DNA of 64,000 nucleotides from Dyella sp. GTDB lineage: Bacteria; Pseudomonadota; Gammaproteobacteria; Xanthomonadales; Rhodanobacteraceae. Position 1 is the first letter of the stretch; every line of letters starts with the position of its first letter. This document shows positions 18,210 through 29,136 of this stretch, piece after piece. Location: contig NZ_DATJTC010000002.1 of the NCBI RefSeq assembly GCF_035503745.1, positions 14,736-78,735 on the forward strand, read 5' to 3'. The notes below the pieces were generated by a model. The model worked only from the letters and a program-made list of their open reading frames with translations, ran no database searches and was not told the DNA's origin. The translations under genes and the position numbers were made by a program.

Positions 18210-19091
18210 TCAGCGGCGGCGCGAGCCGCGCAGGCTGTCGATGGAAAAGCTGGCGATTTCGCCGCCGTCTTTCGCGCGACGCGATTGCCCTGGCGGCGGG
18301 CCCCAGGCATGCGCTGTCACCACTTCCCAGGTGGCGGGAATGAGCCCGTCCACGCGCATCGCTTCGTAGGCGGCCAGCATGCCGCGGAAGTGCCGCTTGC
18401 CGGTGAGGCCGCGCTCGCGTCCGCGGTCGGCATGCGTGGCGCCCAGGCCCTTGAGTTCGCGCAGCAACGCCTGCGGATCGCTATAGGTGAGGGTGTAGCG
18501 ATCCACGTCCAGCACCGGATCGCGCAGCCCCGCCGCGATCATCGCATCGCCCAGGTCGTGCATGTCCAGGAAGCGGCCCACGTGCGAATGCTGGTCCACC
18601 GAGGCCCATGCGGCGCGAAGCTCGCGCAAGGTGTCCGGGCCGAAGGTGGAGAACAGCAGCATGCCGCCGGGCTTGAGTACGCGCACGCATTCGCCGAACA
18701 ACGCGGGCAGATCGTCGATCCACTGAAAGCACAGGTTCGAATGCAGCACCTCGACGCTGTGATCGGGCAGCGGCAACGCCGTCGCCTCGCCGCACACGCG
18801 CAGAAACGGCTTGAGCCAACCGGCGTGTGCCCTGGCCGTGCGCAGCATCGGCAGCGCGGCGTCCACGGCGATCACCTGCGCTTTGGCGTAGCGCTTTTTC
18901 AGCAGCGCCGAGCCGCGCCCGGTGCCTGCGCCGACGTCGATCACCCGCGACGGTTGCTGCAGATAGAAATCCAGCCGCTCCAGCAACAGTTGCTGCACCT
19001 CGCGCTGCAGGGCGTCGTGTTTTTCGTAGCTGTCGGCAGCGTGGCCGAAGTTGGCGCGCACGCGTTGCGTGTCGAGGTGGAAATCGCTCAT
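18210..19091 (-). CDS. bioC: malonyl-ACP O-methyltransferase
   Basis: VRANFGHAADSY, VIDVGAGTG, HSNLCFQW, FSTFGPDTLRELR; in bio operon. Confidence 0.93.
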   Translation of the reverse strand: MSDFHLDTQRVRANFGHAADSYEKHDALQREVQQLLLERLDFYLQQPSRVIDVGAGTGRGSALLKKRYAKAQVIAVDAALPMLRTARAHAGWLKPFLRVCGEATALPLPDHSVEVLHSNLCFQWIDDLPALFGECVRVLKPGGMLLFSTFGPDTLRELRAAWASVDQHSHVGRFLDMHDLGDAMIAAGLRDPVLDVDRYTLTYSDPQALLRELKGLGATHADRGRERGLTGKRHFRGMLAAYEAMRVDGLIPATWEVVTAHAWGPPPGQSRRAKDGGEIASFSIDSLRGSRRR

Positions 19092-19861
19092 CGGTGGGCC
19101 TCGAGCCAGGGCAGCAGCGTTTGGGCAACGGCATCGGCATGGCTCAGAAAAGGGGCGTGGCCGGCGTGCGCGATGACGTGGAAGGGGCCGGCACTCGCCG
19201 CGGCCGACCATTCCATGGCCTGCGGATGCACCAGGCGGTCGAGCCGGCCGGCGGCCCACCAGCTGTTGCCCGGTTTCAAGCGCTGCAACGCGGCGCGCAG
19301 GTCGGTTTGATCGAGCAGGCGGATACCTTCCTGCAACACGCGCAGATTCGGTTCGCCGCGCGAAAAGACCTGCTCGCGCAGCTTGCGCAGCTCGCCGCGC
19401 GGATCGCGGCTGCCCATCACTTCCAGCGTCAGGAAACGATCGACGGTGGCGTGGTAGTCGGTCTCAAGATCCGTTGCCAATTGTTGCACCAGCGCTTGTT
19501 CGCGGCCCTGCGGCCAGTCCGGCGCGCTGACGAAGCGCGGCGTGGCGCATAGCATGGCCAGTCCACGCACTTGTTGCGGGAGGTCCAGCGCGGCGCGCAG
19601 CGCGACCAGCCCGCCCATCGACCAGCCCAGCCACGCTGCCGGTGGCGTGGCGTCGGCGATCGCGTGCGCGCAGATGGCCGGATCCAATGGCAGCTCGCTA
19701 TCGCGCGAGTAGCCGTGTCCGGGCAGGTCCACCAGATACAGGGTGCAGTGTTCGGCCAGCGCCTGCACCAGCGGCGCGAAGATGCCGCCGTGCATGGCCC
19801 AGCCGTGGATCATCACCAGCGGGATCGGGCCGCTGCCGTGCGTCTGGATATGCAGGCTCAT
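19088..19861 (-). CDS. bioH: pimeloyl-ACP methyl ester esterase
   Basis: [24 protein letters not shown]. Confidence 0.93.
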   Translation of the reverse strand: MSLHIQTHGSGPIPLVMIHGWAMHGGIFAPLVQALAEHCTLYLVDLPGHGYSRDSELPLDPAICAHAIADATPPAAWLGWSMGGLVALRAALDLPQQVRGLAMLCATPRFVSAPDWPQGREQALVQQLATDLETDYHATVDRFLTLEVMGSRDPRGELRKLREQVFSRGEPNLRVLQEGIRLLDQTDLRAALQRLKPGNSWWAAGRLDRLVHPQAMEWSAAASAGPFHVIAHAGHAPFLSHADAVAQTLLPWLEAHR

Positions 19862-20634
19862 GCGGCGCCGGCCTTTGCGGTGTCTTCCCACGCGCGGGCC
19901 GATGGCGCTGCCGGCGCCAGCGCGTGATCCACCGCGCCGCGCTCGTCGAACACGAAGCAGTCGCCCTGCCAGTGCGCAGCGCCGACTTGCTCGAAGTATT
20001 TCAGGATGCCGCCTTCCAATTGATAAACGCGCTGCATGCCGGCGTCCTGCATGTGCAGCGCGGCTTTTTCGCAGCGAATGCCGCCGGTGCAATAGGAGAC
20101 GACCGTCTTGTCCGCGTAACGCGCCCGATCGGCGGCCAGCGCCGCCGGCAGTTGCGTGAAGCTGGCGATGCGATAGTCGATGGCCTGCGCAAACATGCCC
20201 ACGTCGGTTTCGTAGGCGTTGCGCGTGTCCAGCAACAGCACCTCGCGGCCGTCGTCGTCATGACCCTGATCGAGCCAGCGCTTGAGCGTGATGGCATCCA
20301 CCGCGGGCGCGCGGCCGCCTTCGGGGCGAATGGCGGGATGGCGCAGCGTGATGATTTCCTTCTTCAACCGCACGCGCATGCGCTTGAAGGGTATTTCGTC
20401 GGACAGCGATTCTTTCGTCTCAAGGTCGGCAAAGCGCGTGTCCTCGCCAAGCCAACGCATGAACGCTGCGATGGCCTGGCGGGAGCCGGCCAGGAACAGG
20501 TTGATGCCCTCCGGCGCCAGCAGGATCGTGCCCTTCAACGCGAGCGCATGGCATTGCGCCAGCACGCGTTCGCGCAGCGCCGGCAAATCGTCCAGGCTGA
20601 CGAAGCGGTAGGCGGAAATATTGAGGATCGACAT
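19858..20634 (-). CDS. rhodanese-domain sulfurtransferase, TrhO/YceA-like (short form)
   Basis: [50 protein letters not shown]. Confidence 0.88.
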   Translation of the reverse strand: MSILNISAYRFVSLDDLPALRERVLAQCHALALKGTILLAPEGINLFLAGSRQAIAAFMRWLGEDTRFADLETKESLSDEIPFKRMRVRLKKEIITLRHPAIRPEGGRAPAVDAITLKRWLDQGHDDDGREVLLLDTRNAYETDVGMFAQAIDYRIASFTQLPAALAADRARYADKTVVSYCTGGIRCEKAALHMQDAGMQRVYQLEGGILKYFEQVGAAHWQGDCFVFDERGAVDHALAPAAPSARAWEDTAKAGAA

Positions 20635-20662
20635 AGGCAAGGCGGGGACGCTGGACTGGCCA

Positions 20663-21847
20663 TTATACCGGCGCGTCTGCCAGGCGCAGGGCGGCGAGCG
20701 CTTCCAGCAGCCTGTCGACGTGGGTTTCTTCGTGCGCGGCGGTCAGCGTAATGCGCAGCCGCGCCTGGCCCTGCGGCACGGTGGGCGGGCGGATCGCCAC
20801 CACCAGCAAACCCTTCGCTTCCAGCGCCTTGGATGCTTCCAGGGCGCGCCCGGCATCGCCGAGCAAAAGCGGCTGGATGGCGGTGTGCGAGGGCATCAGG
20901 GGCAGGCCCAGTTCGGTGGCGCCGCGCCGAAAGCGTTGGATCAGGCCGGCGAGTTTTTCGCGCCGTCCGCTTTCCTGGCGGGCGAGCGCCACGGCGCGCC
21001 GTGCCGCTGCCGCCAGCGCGGGTGGCATGGCGGTGGTGTAGATGTAGGTGCGCGCAAATTGCGTCAGTCCGTCGATCAAACCAGCCGAACCGGCGACGAA
21101 GGCGCCGCTGCATCCCAGCGCCTTGCCGAGCGTGGCCATCAGCACCGGCACCTCGCCTGCGTTCAATCCGGCGTGCGCCACGCTGCCGGCGCCGTTATCG
21201 CCCAGTACGCCCAGGCCGTGCGCATCGTCGACCATCAAGGTGGCGCGTTCGCGGCGACACAGTGCGGCCAGTTCGCGCAGGGGCGCGATGTCGCCGTCCA
21301 TGCTGAACACGCCATCGGTGGCCAGCAGTGCGCAGGCGTCCGGGTTGCCGCGCAGCTGGCGCTCGGCGGCATCCACGTCCGCATGCCGGTAGCGCTTGAG
21401 GTCCGCGCCGGAAAGCTGCGCGCCGTCGAGCAGGCAGGCGTGGTTGAGTTTGTCCTGCACGCACAGGTCGCCGCGCTGCAATAGCGCCTGCATGGTGCCC
21501 AGATTGGCCATGTAGCCGGTGGAAAAAAGCAGGGCGCGTTCGCGGCCGGTCCATTCGGCCAGCGCTTCTTCCAGCGCGGCATGCTCGCGGCGATGGCCGC
21601 AGATCAGGTGCGCGGAACCGCTGCCCACGCCATCGGCATCGGCCGCTTCTTTCAATGCGGCGATCAGTTGGGGATGTTGCGCCAGGCCCAGGTAATCGTT
21701 GGTGCAGAAAGCCAGCAGGCGGCGCCCCTGGCTTTCCACCCACGGGCCATCGGCGCGCGCGATGGTGCGCAGGTGCCGTTGCAGCCGGGCTTGCGCGCGT
21801 TCGGCCGTCTGGACGGCCAGGCGCGCAAGCAGTTCAGGCCGCGGCAT
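20663..21847 (-). CDS. bioF: 8-amino-7-oxononanoate synthase
   Basis: [43 protein letters not shown]. Confidence 0.96.
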   Translation of the reverse strand: MPRPELLARLAVQTAERAQARLQRHLRTIARADGPWVESQGRRLLAFCTNDYLGLAQHPQLIAALKEAADADGVGSGSAHLICGHRREHAALEEALAEWTGRERALLFSTGYMANLGTMQALLQRGDLCVQDKLNHACLLDGAQLSGADLKRYRHADVDAAERQLRGNPDACALLATDGVFSMDGDIAPLRELAALCRRERATLMVDDAHGLGVLGDNGAGSVAHAGLNAGEVPVLMATLGKALGCSGAFVAGSAGLIDGLTQFARTYIYTTAMPPALAAAARRAVALARQESGRREKLAGLIQRFRRGATELGLPLMPSHTAIQPLLLGDAGRALEASKALEAKGLLVVAIRPPTVPQGQARLRITLTAAHEETHVDRLLEALAALRLADAPV

Positions 21848-22883
21848 GGCAGCCGCAGCCGTTGCCGCAGCTGCCCGCTTGGGTCTCCAGGATGTCGGCG
21901 TGCACGGTGTCGGTGTCCTGGGCGACCTCCAGTGCGTGCAGGTCCAGGCGGCGGAACAGGGCGCGATCGTGCTCGACGTCGGGGTTGCCGGTGGTCAGCA
22001 GCTTTTCGCCGTAGAAAATCGAATTGGCGCCGGCGAAGAAGCACAGCGCCTGCACCGCGTCGTCCATCTGCTGGCGGCCGGCGGAGAGGCGCACCATCGA
22101 GGCCGGCATCAGGATGCGTGCGACGGCGATGGTGCGTACGAACTCGAACGGATCCAGCGCCTCGGTGCCGTGCAGCGGCGTGCCTTCCACCTGCACCAGC
22201 TGGTTGATCGGCACCGACTGCGGGTGCTCGGGCAGGTTGGCCAGCGTCTGCAGCAGGCCGGCGCGCTGCGTACGCGTTTCGCCCATGCCGACGATGCCGC
22301 CGCAGCAGGTTTTAAGGCCCACTTCGCGGATATGTTCGAGCGTATCCAGGCGATCCTGATAATGGCGCGTGTGGATGATCTGGTCGTAGAACTCCGGCGC
22401 GGTATCGAGGTTGTGGTTGTAGTAGTCGAGCCCGGCCTGCTTGAGCGTCTTGGCCTGCGGCTCGGTCAGCATGCCCAGCGTGGCGCAGGTTTCCAGGCCC
22501 AGCGCCTTGACCGCCGAGACAATGTCGGCGACTTGGGCGACATCGCGGTCCTTGGGGCTGCGCCAGGCCGCGCCCATGCAGAAGCGGCTGGCGCCGGCGT
22601 CCTTGGCGGCCTGGGCGCGGGCCAGGACGGCGTCCACCGACATGAGCTTTTCGGCCTTGACGCCGGTGTGGTAGCGCGCGGCCTGCGGGCAATAGCCGCA
22701 ATCCTCCGGGCAGCCGCCGGTCTTGATCGACAGCAGCGTGGACACCTGCACCGCATTCGGGTCGTGGTGCTGGCGATGCGTGCTGTGCGCCCGGTGCAGC
22801 AGTTCGTTGAACGGCAGGGCGAACAGGGCGACGACTTCATCGCGCGTCCAGTCATGGCGAAGTGCGGCTACGGACATGGGCAT
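21834..22883 (-). CDS. bioB: biotin synthase
   Basis: [10 protein letters not shown] radical SAM motif, [22 protein letters not shown]; alternative start 22877. Confidence 0.98.
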   Translation of the reverse strand: MPMSVAALRHDWTRDEVVALFALPFNELLHRAHSTHRQHHDPNAVQVSTLLSIKTGGCPEDCGYCPQAARYHTGVKAEKLMSVDAVLARAQAAKDAGASRFCMGAAWRSPKDRDVAQVADIVSAVKALGLETCATLGMLTEPQAKTLKQAGLDYYNHNLDTAPEFYDQIIHTRHYQDRLDTLEHIREVGLKTCCGGIVGMGETRTQRAGLLQTLANLPEHPQSVPINQLVQVEGTPLHGTEALDPFEFVRTIAVARILMPASMVRLSAGRQQMDDAVQALCFFAGANSIFYGEKLLTTGNPDVEHDRALFRRLDLHALEVAQDTDTVHADILETQAGSCGNGCGCHAAA

Positions 22884-22932
22884 CGGTTCCGGAAAACGTG
22901 CGGCGCATAAGTGTGGAAGTGACCCGGAAGGC

Positions 22933-22964
22933 TGTCAACTCAATACGGGGTGGAATGGTTGACG
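22933..22964. promoter_or_regulatory. BirA-type biotin operator overlapping the bioB -35
   Basis: TGTCAACT-N16-GGTTGACG, same geometry as E. coli bioO TGTAAACC-N16-GGTTTACA; left arm is TTGACA on the minus strand. Confidence 0.7.
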
Positions 22965-23095
22965 GAAGGGGATGCCAAACCCGCTACCATCCGGCCTCTG
23001 TCCATCCCAAGGAAAGGATTCGTGGCTACAGACCAGGGCGGTATGCCGCGCGCACGCATACCCAGGTTGCGCGGTTAGGCCGGCACTCCCACTGC

Positions 23096-23806
23096 ATGAG
23101 CGCGGCAAAACATCTGCTGGATGCCTGGCACCGCTGGCTGCTGCCATGGCGCTGCCTGCTGTGCGGCGACGCGGGCATGGACGGCATCGACCTTTGCGCC
23201 GCCTGCATCGCCGAATGGCCACGCAACACGCCATGCTGCGCACGTTGCGCATTGCCCTTGCCCGCATCGGCGCCGCAATGCGGCCGCTGCCTGCTCAAGG
23301 CGCCGCCGTGGGATGCGGCGTGGGCGCCGTTCCGCTATGCATGGCCGCTGGACCGGCTGGAAACGCGTTTCAAGTTCGGCCGCGATCTCGCCGCGGGCCG
23401 GGCGCTGGCGCAGGTGTGGCGGCATGAAACCCCGCGCGCGCTGCCGCAGCTCATCTTGCCGGTTCCGCTGCATCCGCGGCGACTGCGCCAGCGCGGCCAC
23501 AACCAGGCGCTGGAATTGGCCCGGCCGCTGGCGCGCTCGCTGCGCATTCCGTGCCGGTGGGACGTGCTGCAACGCGTACGACATACCGACGCGCAAACCA
23601 GCTTGACGGCGATCGAACGGCGCCGCAATTTGCGCAACGCCTTTGCCCTGCGCAAGGGTGCGCAGCTACCCGCGCACGTGGCCGTGCTGGACGATGTCTT
23701 CACCACCGGGGCGACGCTCGCCGAATGCGCGGCTGTGCTCAAGCGGGCCGGCGTGGCGCGGGTCGATGTATGGGCGCTTGCGCGAGCGCCGATACCCGGT
23801 CGCTAG
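23096..23806 (+). CDS. comF: ComF family protein (double zinc ribbon + PRTase)
   Basis: CLLC...C..C, CARC...CGRC, PVPLH, RGHNQA, VLDDVFTTGATL. Confidence 0.92.
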   Translation: MSAAKHLLDAWHRWLLPWRCLLCGDAGMDGIDLCAACIAEWPRNTPCCARCALPLPASAPQCGRCLLKAPPWDAAWAPFRYAWPLDRLETRFKFGRDLAAGRALAQVWRHETPRALPQLILPVPLHPRRLRQRGHNQALELARPLARSLRIPCRWDVLQRVRHTDAQTSLTAIERRRNLRNAFALRKGAQLPAHVAVLDDVFTTGATLAECAAVLKRAGVARVDVWALARAPIPGR

Positions 23807-23816
23807 CATCGAAAAT

Positions 23817-24848
23817 TCAACGCACGGCCACGGCCACGGCCAGTGCGATGCCGATCCACAAGGTCAGGCCCACCCAGTTGTTGTGCCGGAATGCGGCCAG
23901 GCATGCGTCGCGCTCGCGATGGCGGATCAGCCACTGCTGCCAGCCGAACAGTCCCGCGCAGGCCGCCACCGCCAGCCAGTAGGGCCAGCCGAGGTGCGCG
24001 CGGGTGCCAATCATCGCCAGCGCCACCATGAAGGTGCCCATCAGTACGCCGATGATCAGAAGATCCGCGTCGCCGAACAGGATCGCGGTGGAGCGCGCGC
24101 CGGCCTTCAAGTCGTCCTCGCGGTCGACCATCGCGTATTCGGTGTCATAGATCACCGACCACAGGATGTTGGCGATGAACAACAGCCAGCCCAACGGCGG
24201 CACGCCGTTGCCCACCGCGGCGAACGCCATCGGGATCGACCAGCCGAATGCCGCGCCCAGCACCACCTGCGGCAGATCGGTATAGCGCTTGGTGAACGGA
24301 TACAGCGCCGCCAGGCCCGCGCCAATGAAAGAGAGTTTGATGGTCAGCGGATTGGTCAGCAGCACCAGCAGGAAGGCGAACGCCAGGAGGGCGGCGAACA
24401 CGATCAGGGCTTGGCGTGGCGTGATCCGTCCGGCCGCGATCGGCCGTCCAGCCGTCCGTGCGACCTGGGGGTCGAGCTTGCGGTCGGCGAAATCGTTGAT
24501 CGCGCAACCCGCCGCGCGCATGGCGAACACGCCCAGGGTAAAGATGATCAGTGGCTTCCACGGCGGAAAATCGCCAGCCGCCAGCCACAGCGCCCACCAG
24601 GTCGGCCACAGCAGCAGCAAGGCGCCGATCGGCCGGTCCATGCGGGTCAGTACCAGGATATCGTGCGCTTTCTGGCGGTGGCGTTCGGGCAGCGGACGCA
24701 GCAGCCCATCCAGCACGCGGGCGGCACGGGTGGAGCTGTCGGCCGGCTTTTGCGCCTTGCGCACCGTCGGCGTGGCGGCGGTGCGCGTGCGCGTGGAGGT
24801 CGGCGCCGGGGGATTGCGCCGGGGGCGCTTGCGGGAAGTGGGAGACAT
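23817..24848 (-). CDS. ubiA: 4-hydroxybenzoate octaprenyltransferase
   Basis: RMDRPIG, GCAINDFADRKLD, YDTEYAMVDREDD; start uncertain (basic N-terminal extension). Confidence 0.93.
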   Translation of the reverse strand: MSPTSRKRPRRNPPAPTSTRTRTAATPTVRKAQKPADSSTRAARVLDGLLRPLPERHRQKAHDILVLTRMDRPIGALLLLWPTWWALWLAAGDFPPWKPLIIFTLGVFAMRAAGCAINDFADRKLDPQVARTAGRPIAAGRITPRQALIVFAALLAFAFLLVLLTNPLTIKLSFIGAGLAALYPFTKRYTDLPQVVLGAAFGWSIPMAFAAVGNGVPPLGWLLFIANILWSVIYDTEYAMVDREDDLKAGARSTAILFGDADLLIIGVLMGTFMVALAMIGTRAHLGWPYWLAVAACAGLFGWQQWLIRHRERDACLAAFRHNNWVGLTLWIGIALAVAVAVR

Positions 24849-24978
24849 TGACCAAGTGTAGCGTGCCGCTCCGGCCCGGAAACGGTGCGTTGTCCCACCA
24901 GGCGCGCGGGGGGAGTACATTGCCCCTGCCGGTGCGATCAGTCTAGGATCGTGCACCGTTTTGGGGGGTGGGGTGTTC

Positions 24979-25353
24979 ATGGTCTCGTCAATCAGTCACA
25001 TTGCACTGATCGTGCGTGACCCTGCGCGTACCGCAGAGCTGTTTGCCAGCGTCCTTGGGGCTCAAGTCGTGGCCGATTGGCCCGACGGCAACGGCCATCA
25101 GCAAAGTTGCGCCAGGTTGGGCGGCGTGTGGTTCCTGCTGCGGCAGGGCACGGGGCCCTCGTGCCGCAACGGCGACCACATCGCACTTGGCGTGAGTCGC
25201 GATGAGCTGGCGGTCTGCGCGGACAAACTGGCCACCTCCGACGTCGAACACTTCATGGCGCGAGAAGACACCGCGCTGTACTTCATGGATTACGACAACC
25301 ACGTGTTCGAGCTGGACGCGGGCCGGTCGTTCGACGACATGCTGGACGCCTGA
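24979..25353 (+). CDS. VOC/glyoxalase protein, FosX-like
   Basis: ISHIALIVRD, DHIAL, LYFMDYDNHVFELDAG resemble FosX motifs. Confidence 0.75.
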   Translation: MVSSISHIALIVRDPARTAELFASVLGAQVVADWPDGNGHQQSCARLGGVWFLLRQGTGPSCRNGDHIALGVSRDELAVCADKLATSDVEHFMAREDTALYFMDYDNHVFELDAGRSFDDMLDA

Positions 25354-25368
25354 CGCAAACGCCGCGCC

Positions 25369-26934
25369 TTACGCGCGCAACAGCAGTCGATAAGCCGGAT
25401 TGTCGCTTTCGTCGATGTGCGGATAACCCAGGCTGTCGAGAAACCCCCCGAGCAGGGCATGCTCGCTGGGCGGCACCTGCATGCCGACCAGGATGCGCCC
25501 GTAGTCGGCGCCATGATTGCGATAGTGGAACAGGCTGATGTTCCAGTCCGGATGCATGCGCTCCAGGAAGCGCGCCAGCGCCCCGGGGCGTTCGGGAAAG
25601 TCGAAGCGATAAAGCCGCTCATCGCGCGCCAGCGGCGAGCGTCCGCCGATCATGTGGCGAAGGTGCAGCTTGGCCAGTTCATCGTCGGTGAGATCCAGCA
25701 CCCCGAAACCGTTCGCGCGAAAGGCCTCGGTCAGCGCTTCGCGTTCGCCGCGCTGGCCAGTCTGCACACCCACGAAGATGTGCGCCGCCTGCGCATCGCC
25801 GATGCGGTAATTGAACTCGGTGATCGCATGCTGCCCCAGCGCGGCGCAAAAACGCCGGAAACTGCCGCGTTGTTCGGGAATGGTCACCGCAAACACGGCC
25901 TCGCGCTGCTCGCCCACTTCCGCGCGTTCGGCGACGAAGCGCAAGCGGTCGAAATTCATGTTGGCGCCCGATACCACCGCCACCAGCGCGCCGCCCTTTG
26001 CGCCATGCGCGGCGACGTATTGCTTGAGCCCCGCCACCGCCAGCGCGCCCGAAGGCTCGGGGATGCTGCGGGTATCCTGGTAAATGTCGCGGATCGCCGC
26101 GCAGATGGCGTCGGTATCCACGCGCAGCACCTCGTCCACGTATTGCCGGCACAGCGAAAACGTCAACGTGCCGACCTGCTTGACGGCGGTGCCGTCGGCG
26201 AACAGGCCCACGTCGTCCAGGACCACGCGTTCGCCCGCGTCGAGCGCGCGCGCCATCGAATCGGCATCGCTGGCCTGTACGCCAATGACCCGGATATCGG
26301 GCCGGCGCGCCTTGATCACCGCGGCGACGCCCCCGATCAGTCCGCCGCCGCCGATCGGCACGAATACGGCGTGCAGGGAGCCGGGGTGCTGCGCCAGCAA
26401 TTCCAGCGCAATGGTGGCCTGGCCGGCGATCACCTCCAGATCGTCGAAGGGATGCACGAAGGTGGCGCCGAGCGCATCGCGCAGGCGTTGCGCCTGGGCT
26501 TGTGCGTCGCTGTAGGAGTCCCCCGCCAGCACGACCTCGGTATGGCGCCCGCCCAGGCGGCGCACGGCGTCGACCTTTACCTGCGGCGCGGTCACCGGCA
26601 TCACGATGGTGGCCTGGACGCCCAGCCGCGCGGCCGCCAGCGCCACGCCCTGTGCATGATTGCCGGCGGACGCGGCGACCACGCCGCGCGCGCGCTGCGC
26701 GGGATCGAGTTGCGCCATGCGGTTGTAGGCGCCGCGCAGCTTGAACGAGAACACCGGTTGCTGGTCCTCGCGCTTGAGCAGCACGGTGGCGCCCAGCCGT
26801 TCGGACAGCAGCGAGGCCGGTTCCAGCGCGGTGTGGTGCGCCACCTCGTACACGCGCGCCGCTTCGGCGCGCCGCAATACCGCTGCGGCCGTCAGCACGG
26901 TTTCGGTTTCGCCGGATGCAAGCCTTGCATTCAT
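25369..26934 (-). CDS. ilvA: threonine ammonia-lyase, biosynthetic
   Basis: [28 protein letters not shown], two C-terminal ACT-like domains, [11 protein letters not shown]. Confidence 0.97.
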   Translation of the reverse strand: MNARLASGETETVLTAAAVLRRAEAARVYEVAHHTALEPASLLSERLGATVLLKREDQQPVFSFKLRGAYNRMAQLDPAQRARGVVAASAGNHAQGVALAAARLGVQATIVMPVTAPQVKVDAVRRLGGRHTEVVLAGDSYSDAQAQAQRLRDALGATFVHPFDDLEVIAGQATIALELLAQHPGSLHAVFVPIGGGGLIGGVAAVIKARRPDIRVIGVQASDADSMARALDAGERVVLDDVGLFADGTAVKQVGTLTFSLCRQYVDEVLRVDTDAICAAIRDIYQDTRSIPEPSGALAVAGLKQYVAAHGAKGGALVAVVSGANMNFDRLRFVAERAEVGEQREAVFAVTIPEQRGSFRRFCAALGQHAITEFNYRIGDAQAAHIFVGVQTGQRGEREALTEAFRANGFGVLDLTDDELAKLHLRHMIGGRSPLARDERLYRFDFPERPGALARFLERMHPDWNISLFHYRNHGADYGRILVGMQVPPSEHALLGGFLDSLGYPHIDESDNPAYRLLLRA

Positions 26935-27170
26935 GGTTGCGCGGGATGCTCCACCTGCAGCACGTCGACCAGTTTGCGCGTCTGCTGCAGGATCTGGGTC
27001 AGCTTGGCGTCGTCGCCGCGCACGGTGAGCGTGAGCCGCGAGACCGCCGGATCATGGGTGGCCGCGACCGTCAGCGTGTCGATATTGTGGCCGCGCGCCG
27101 CGAACAGCCCGGCGACGCGAACCAGCGCGCCGGCTTCGTTCTGCAGCAAGATGGAAAGCGTGTGTTGCAT
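26931..27170 (-). CDS. ilvN: acetolactate synthase small regulatory subunit (single ACT domain)
   Basis: [25 protein letters not shown]...KLVDV. Confidence 0.88.
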   Translation of the reverse strand: MQHTLSILLQNEAGALVRVAGLFAARGHNIDTLTVAATHDPAVSRLTLTVRGDDAKLTQILQQTRKLVDVLQVEHPAQP

Positions 27171-27197
27171 GGCCTTGGCTCCGGTGATTCGGGCGGG

Positions 27198-29072
27198 TTA
27201 GAAGCTGTCGGTGGCGGCCGCGTCGCCGGCGTGCGAGGCGTGCCGTGCGGGGATGAATGGGCCGGTGATCATCTGCGAGTAGTTGCTGCCCGGGCCAACC
27301 ATCGGATACACGCCGGCATCGGGATCGATCATCACTTCCAGGAAGGCGGGGCCGTCGAAGTGCAGGAAATCGGCGATGGTGGAGGCCAGTTCCGCCGGGT
27401 TTTCCAGGCGCCGCGACCAGGTGAATCCATCGGCCTCGGCGGCGCGGACGAAATCCTTGCGATGCAGGCTTTTGTCCGATGAGGCGAAGCGTCCCTTGAA
27501 AAACAGCTTCTGCCACTGCCGCACCATGCCGTCGCCGACGTTGTTGAGCACCAGGATCTTCACCGGCAGGCCGTAGGTGGTGACCGTTTCCAGCTCGCCC
27601 AGGTTCATGCGGATGCTGGCGTCGCCGTCGATGTCGATTACCAGCGCATCGGGCCGCGCCAATTGCGCGCCGATCGCCGCCGGCAGGCCGAAGCCCATCG
27701 TGCCCATCGAACCGGAGGTCAGCAGATGGCGTGGCGCACGGAAATCGAGATATTGCGCGGTCCACATCTGGTGCTGGCCCACGCCGGTGGTGACGATGGC
27801 GCGGCCCTGCGCGTGGCGATTGATTTCCTCCAGCACCGCGTATGGCTGGATCAGCGTGCTGGCGTGGTCGTAGTTCATCGCGTGCGTGCGCTTGAGTGCG
27901 GCGACGTGTGCGTGCCAGTCGCCCAGCGACAGGCGCACGCGATGGTCCTTGCCGTATTGGATCAGGCGCTGCAGCGCGCGGTCCAGCGGGCCCACGTGAT
28001 GCCAATGGGTCTGCTTGACCTTGTCGATTTCCGCCGGGTCGATGTCGATGTGCGCGATGAACTTTGCGTGCGGCGCAAACTGCGCCGGTACGCTGGCTAC
28101 GCGATCGTCGAAACGCGCGCCCAGCGTCAACAGGAAGTCGCAATCGTCCACCGCATAGTTGGCGTAGGCGGTGCCGTGCATGCCCAGCATGTGCAGGGCC
28201 AGCGGCTGGGTGGTGTCGTAGCCGCCGATGCCCATCAGTGTGGTGGTGACGGGCAGGCCGAATGCATCGACGAACGCCCGCAACGCAGGTGCCGCACCAC
28301 CGGCGATGACGCCACCGCCGGCATAGATCAGCGGACGCTTGGCATGCGACAGGGCGTCGAAAAATGTCGCGCAGTCGGCGTCGTCGAGCATCGCGTGTTC
28401 GACGGTGCGCAGGCGGGCGCGATAGCCGGGCAGCGGCAGTTCGCCTTCGCCCTCGAAGCGGATCAGGGCGTTCTGCACGTCCTTGGGAATGTCCACGACC
28501 ACCGGCCCCGGCCGTCCGCTGCGCGCGATGGTGAAGGCGGTGCGCAGGGTGGCTTCCAGTTGCGCCGTTTCGGTGATCAGGAAGACATGCTTGGCGCACG
28601 CGCTCATGATGTTGCTGATCGGTGCTTCCTGGAACGCGTCGCTGCCGATCGCCTGGGTGGCGACCTGGCCGCTGATCACCACGATCGGTATCGAATCGGC
28701 CATCGAATCGCGCACCGGGGTCACCATGTTGGTGGCGCCGGGGCCGGAGGTAACCACGGCCACGCCGACCTTGCCCGACGCGCGCGCGTAGCCGGCGGCC
28801 ATGAAGCCCGCACCCTGCTCGTTGGCGGGCACGATCAGCGGCATCGCTTCGCGGCCGTCGGCGCGCGCATGCTCCACGTTGTGCCGGAACACCGCATCGT
28901 AGACCGGCAGGATCGCGCCGCCGGAGTAACCGAACAGTACCTCGACACCTTCGTCGGCCAGCACTTGTACGACGATGTCCGCGCCGCTCAGGTCCTTTCC
29001 TGCGAGCGGGTGACGCGCGGCGCGCGGATCGGCGTCGGCGGCGAACGATGGTTTCGGCAGTGGCGTGTTCAC
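27198..29072 (-). CDS. ilvB: acetolactate synthase large subunit
   Basis: FGYSGGAILP, EQGAGFMAAGYAR, TSGPGATN, GVGQHQMW, DGDASIRMN; GTG start. Confidence 0.96.
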   Translation of the reverse strand: MNTPLPKPSFAADADPRAARHPLAGKDLSGADIVVQVLADEGVEVLFGYSGGAILPVYDAVFRHNVEHARADGREAMPLIVPANEQGAGFMAAGYARASGKVGVAVVTSGPGATNMVTPVRDSMADSIPIVVISGQVATQAIGSDAFQEAPISNIMSACAKHVFLITETAQLEATLRTAFTIARSGRPGPVVVDIPKDVQNALIRFEGEGELPLPGYRARLRTVEHAMLDDADCATFFDALSHAKRPLIYAGGGVIAGGAAPALRAFVDAFGLPVTTTLMGIGGYDTTQPLALHMLGMHGTAYANYAVDDCDFLLTLGARFDDRVASVPAQFAPHAKFIAHIDIDPAEIDKVKQTHWHHVGPLDRALQRLIQYGKDHRVRLSLGDWHAHVAALKRTHAMNYDHASTLIQPYAVLEEINRHAQGRAIVTTGVGQHQMWTAQYLDFRAPRHLLTSGSMGTMGFGLPAAIGAQLARPDALVIDIDGDASIRMNLGELETVTTYGLPVKILVLNNVGDGMVRQWQKLFFKGRFASSDKSLHRKDFVRAAEADGFTWSRRLENPAELASTIADFLHFDGPAFLEVMIDPDAGVYPMVGPGSNYSQMITGPFIPARHASHAGDAAATDSF

Positions 29073-29136
29073 TTCTGTCCCTTGGTGTTTTTTGCAATGC
29101 GCGTTGCGCTGTTGTTGGATCAATGCCGGCCGCGCG

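Noticed and set aside
24690-24848. Arg/Pro/Thr-rich N-terminal extension of UbiA
   Set aside because: Start codon uncertain; low-complexity extensions are common in high-GC annotations; no motif
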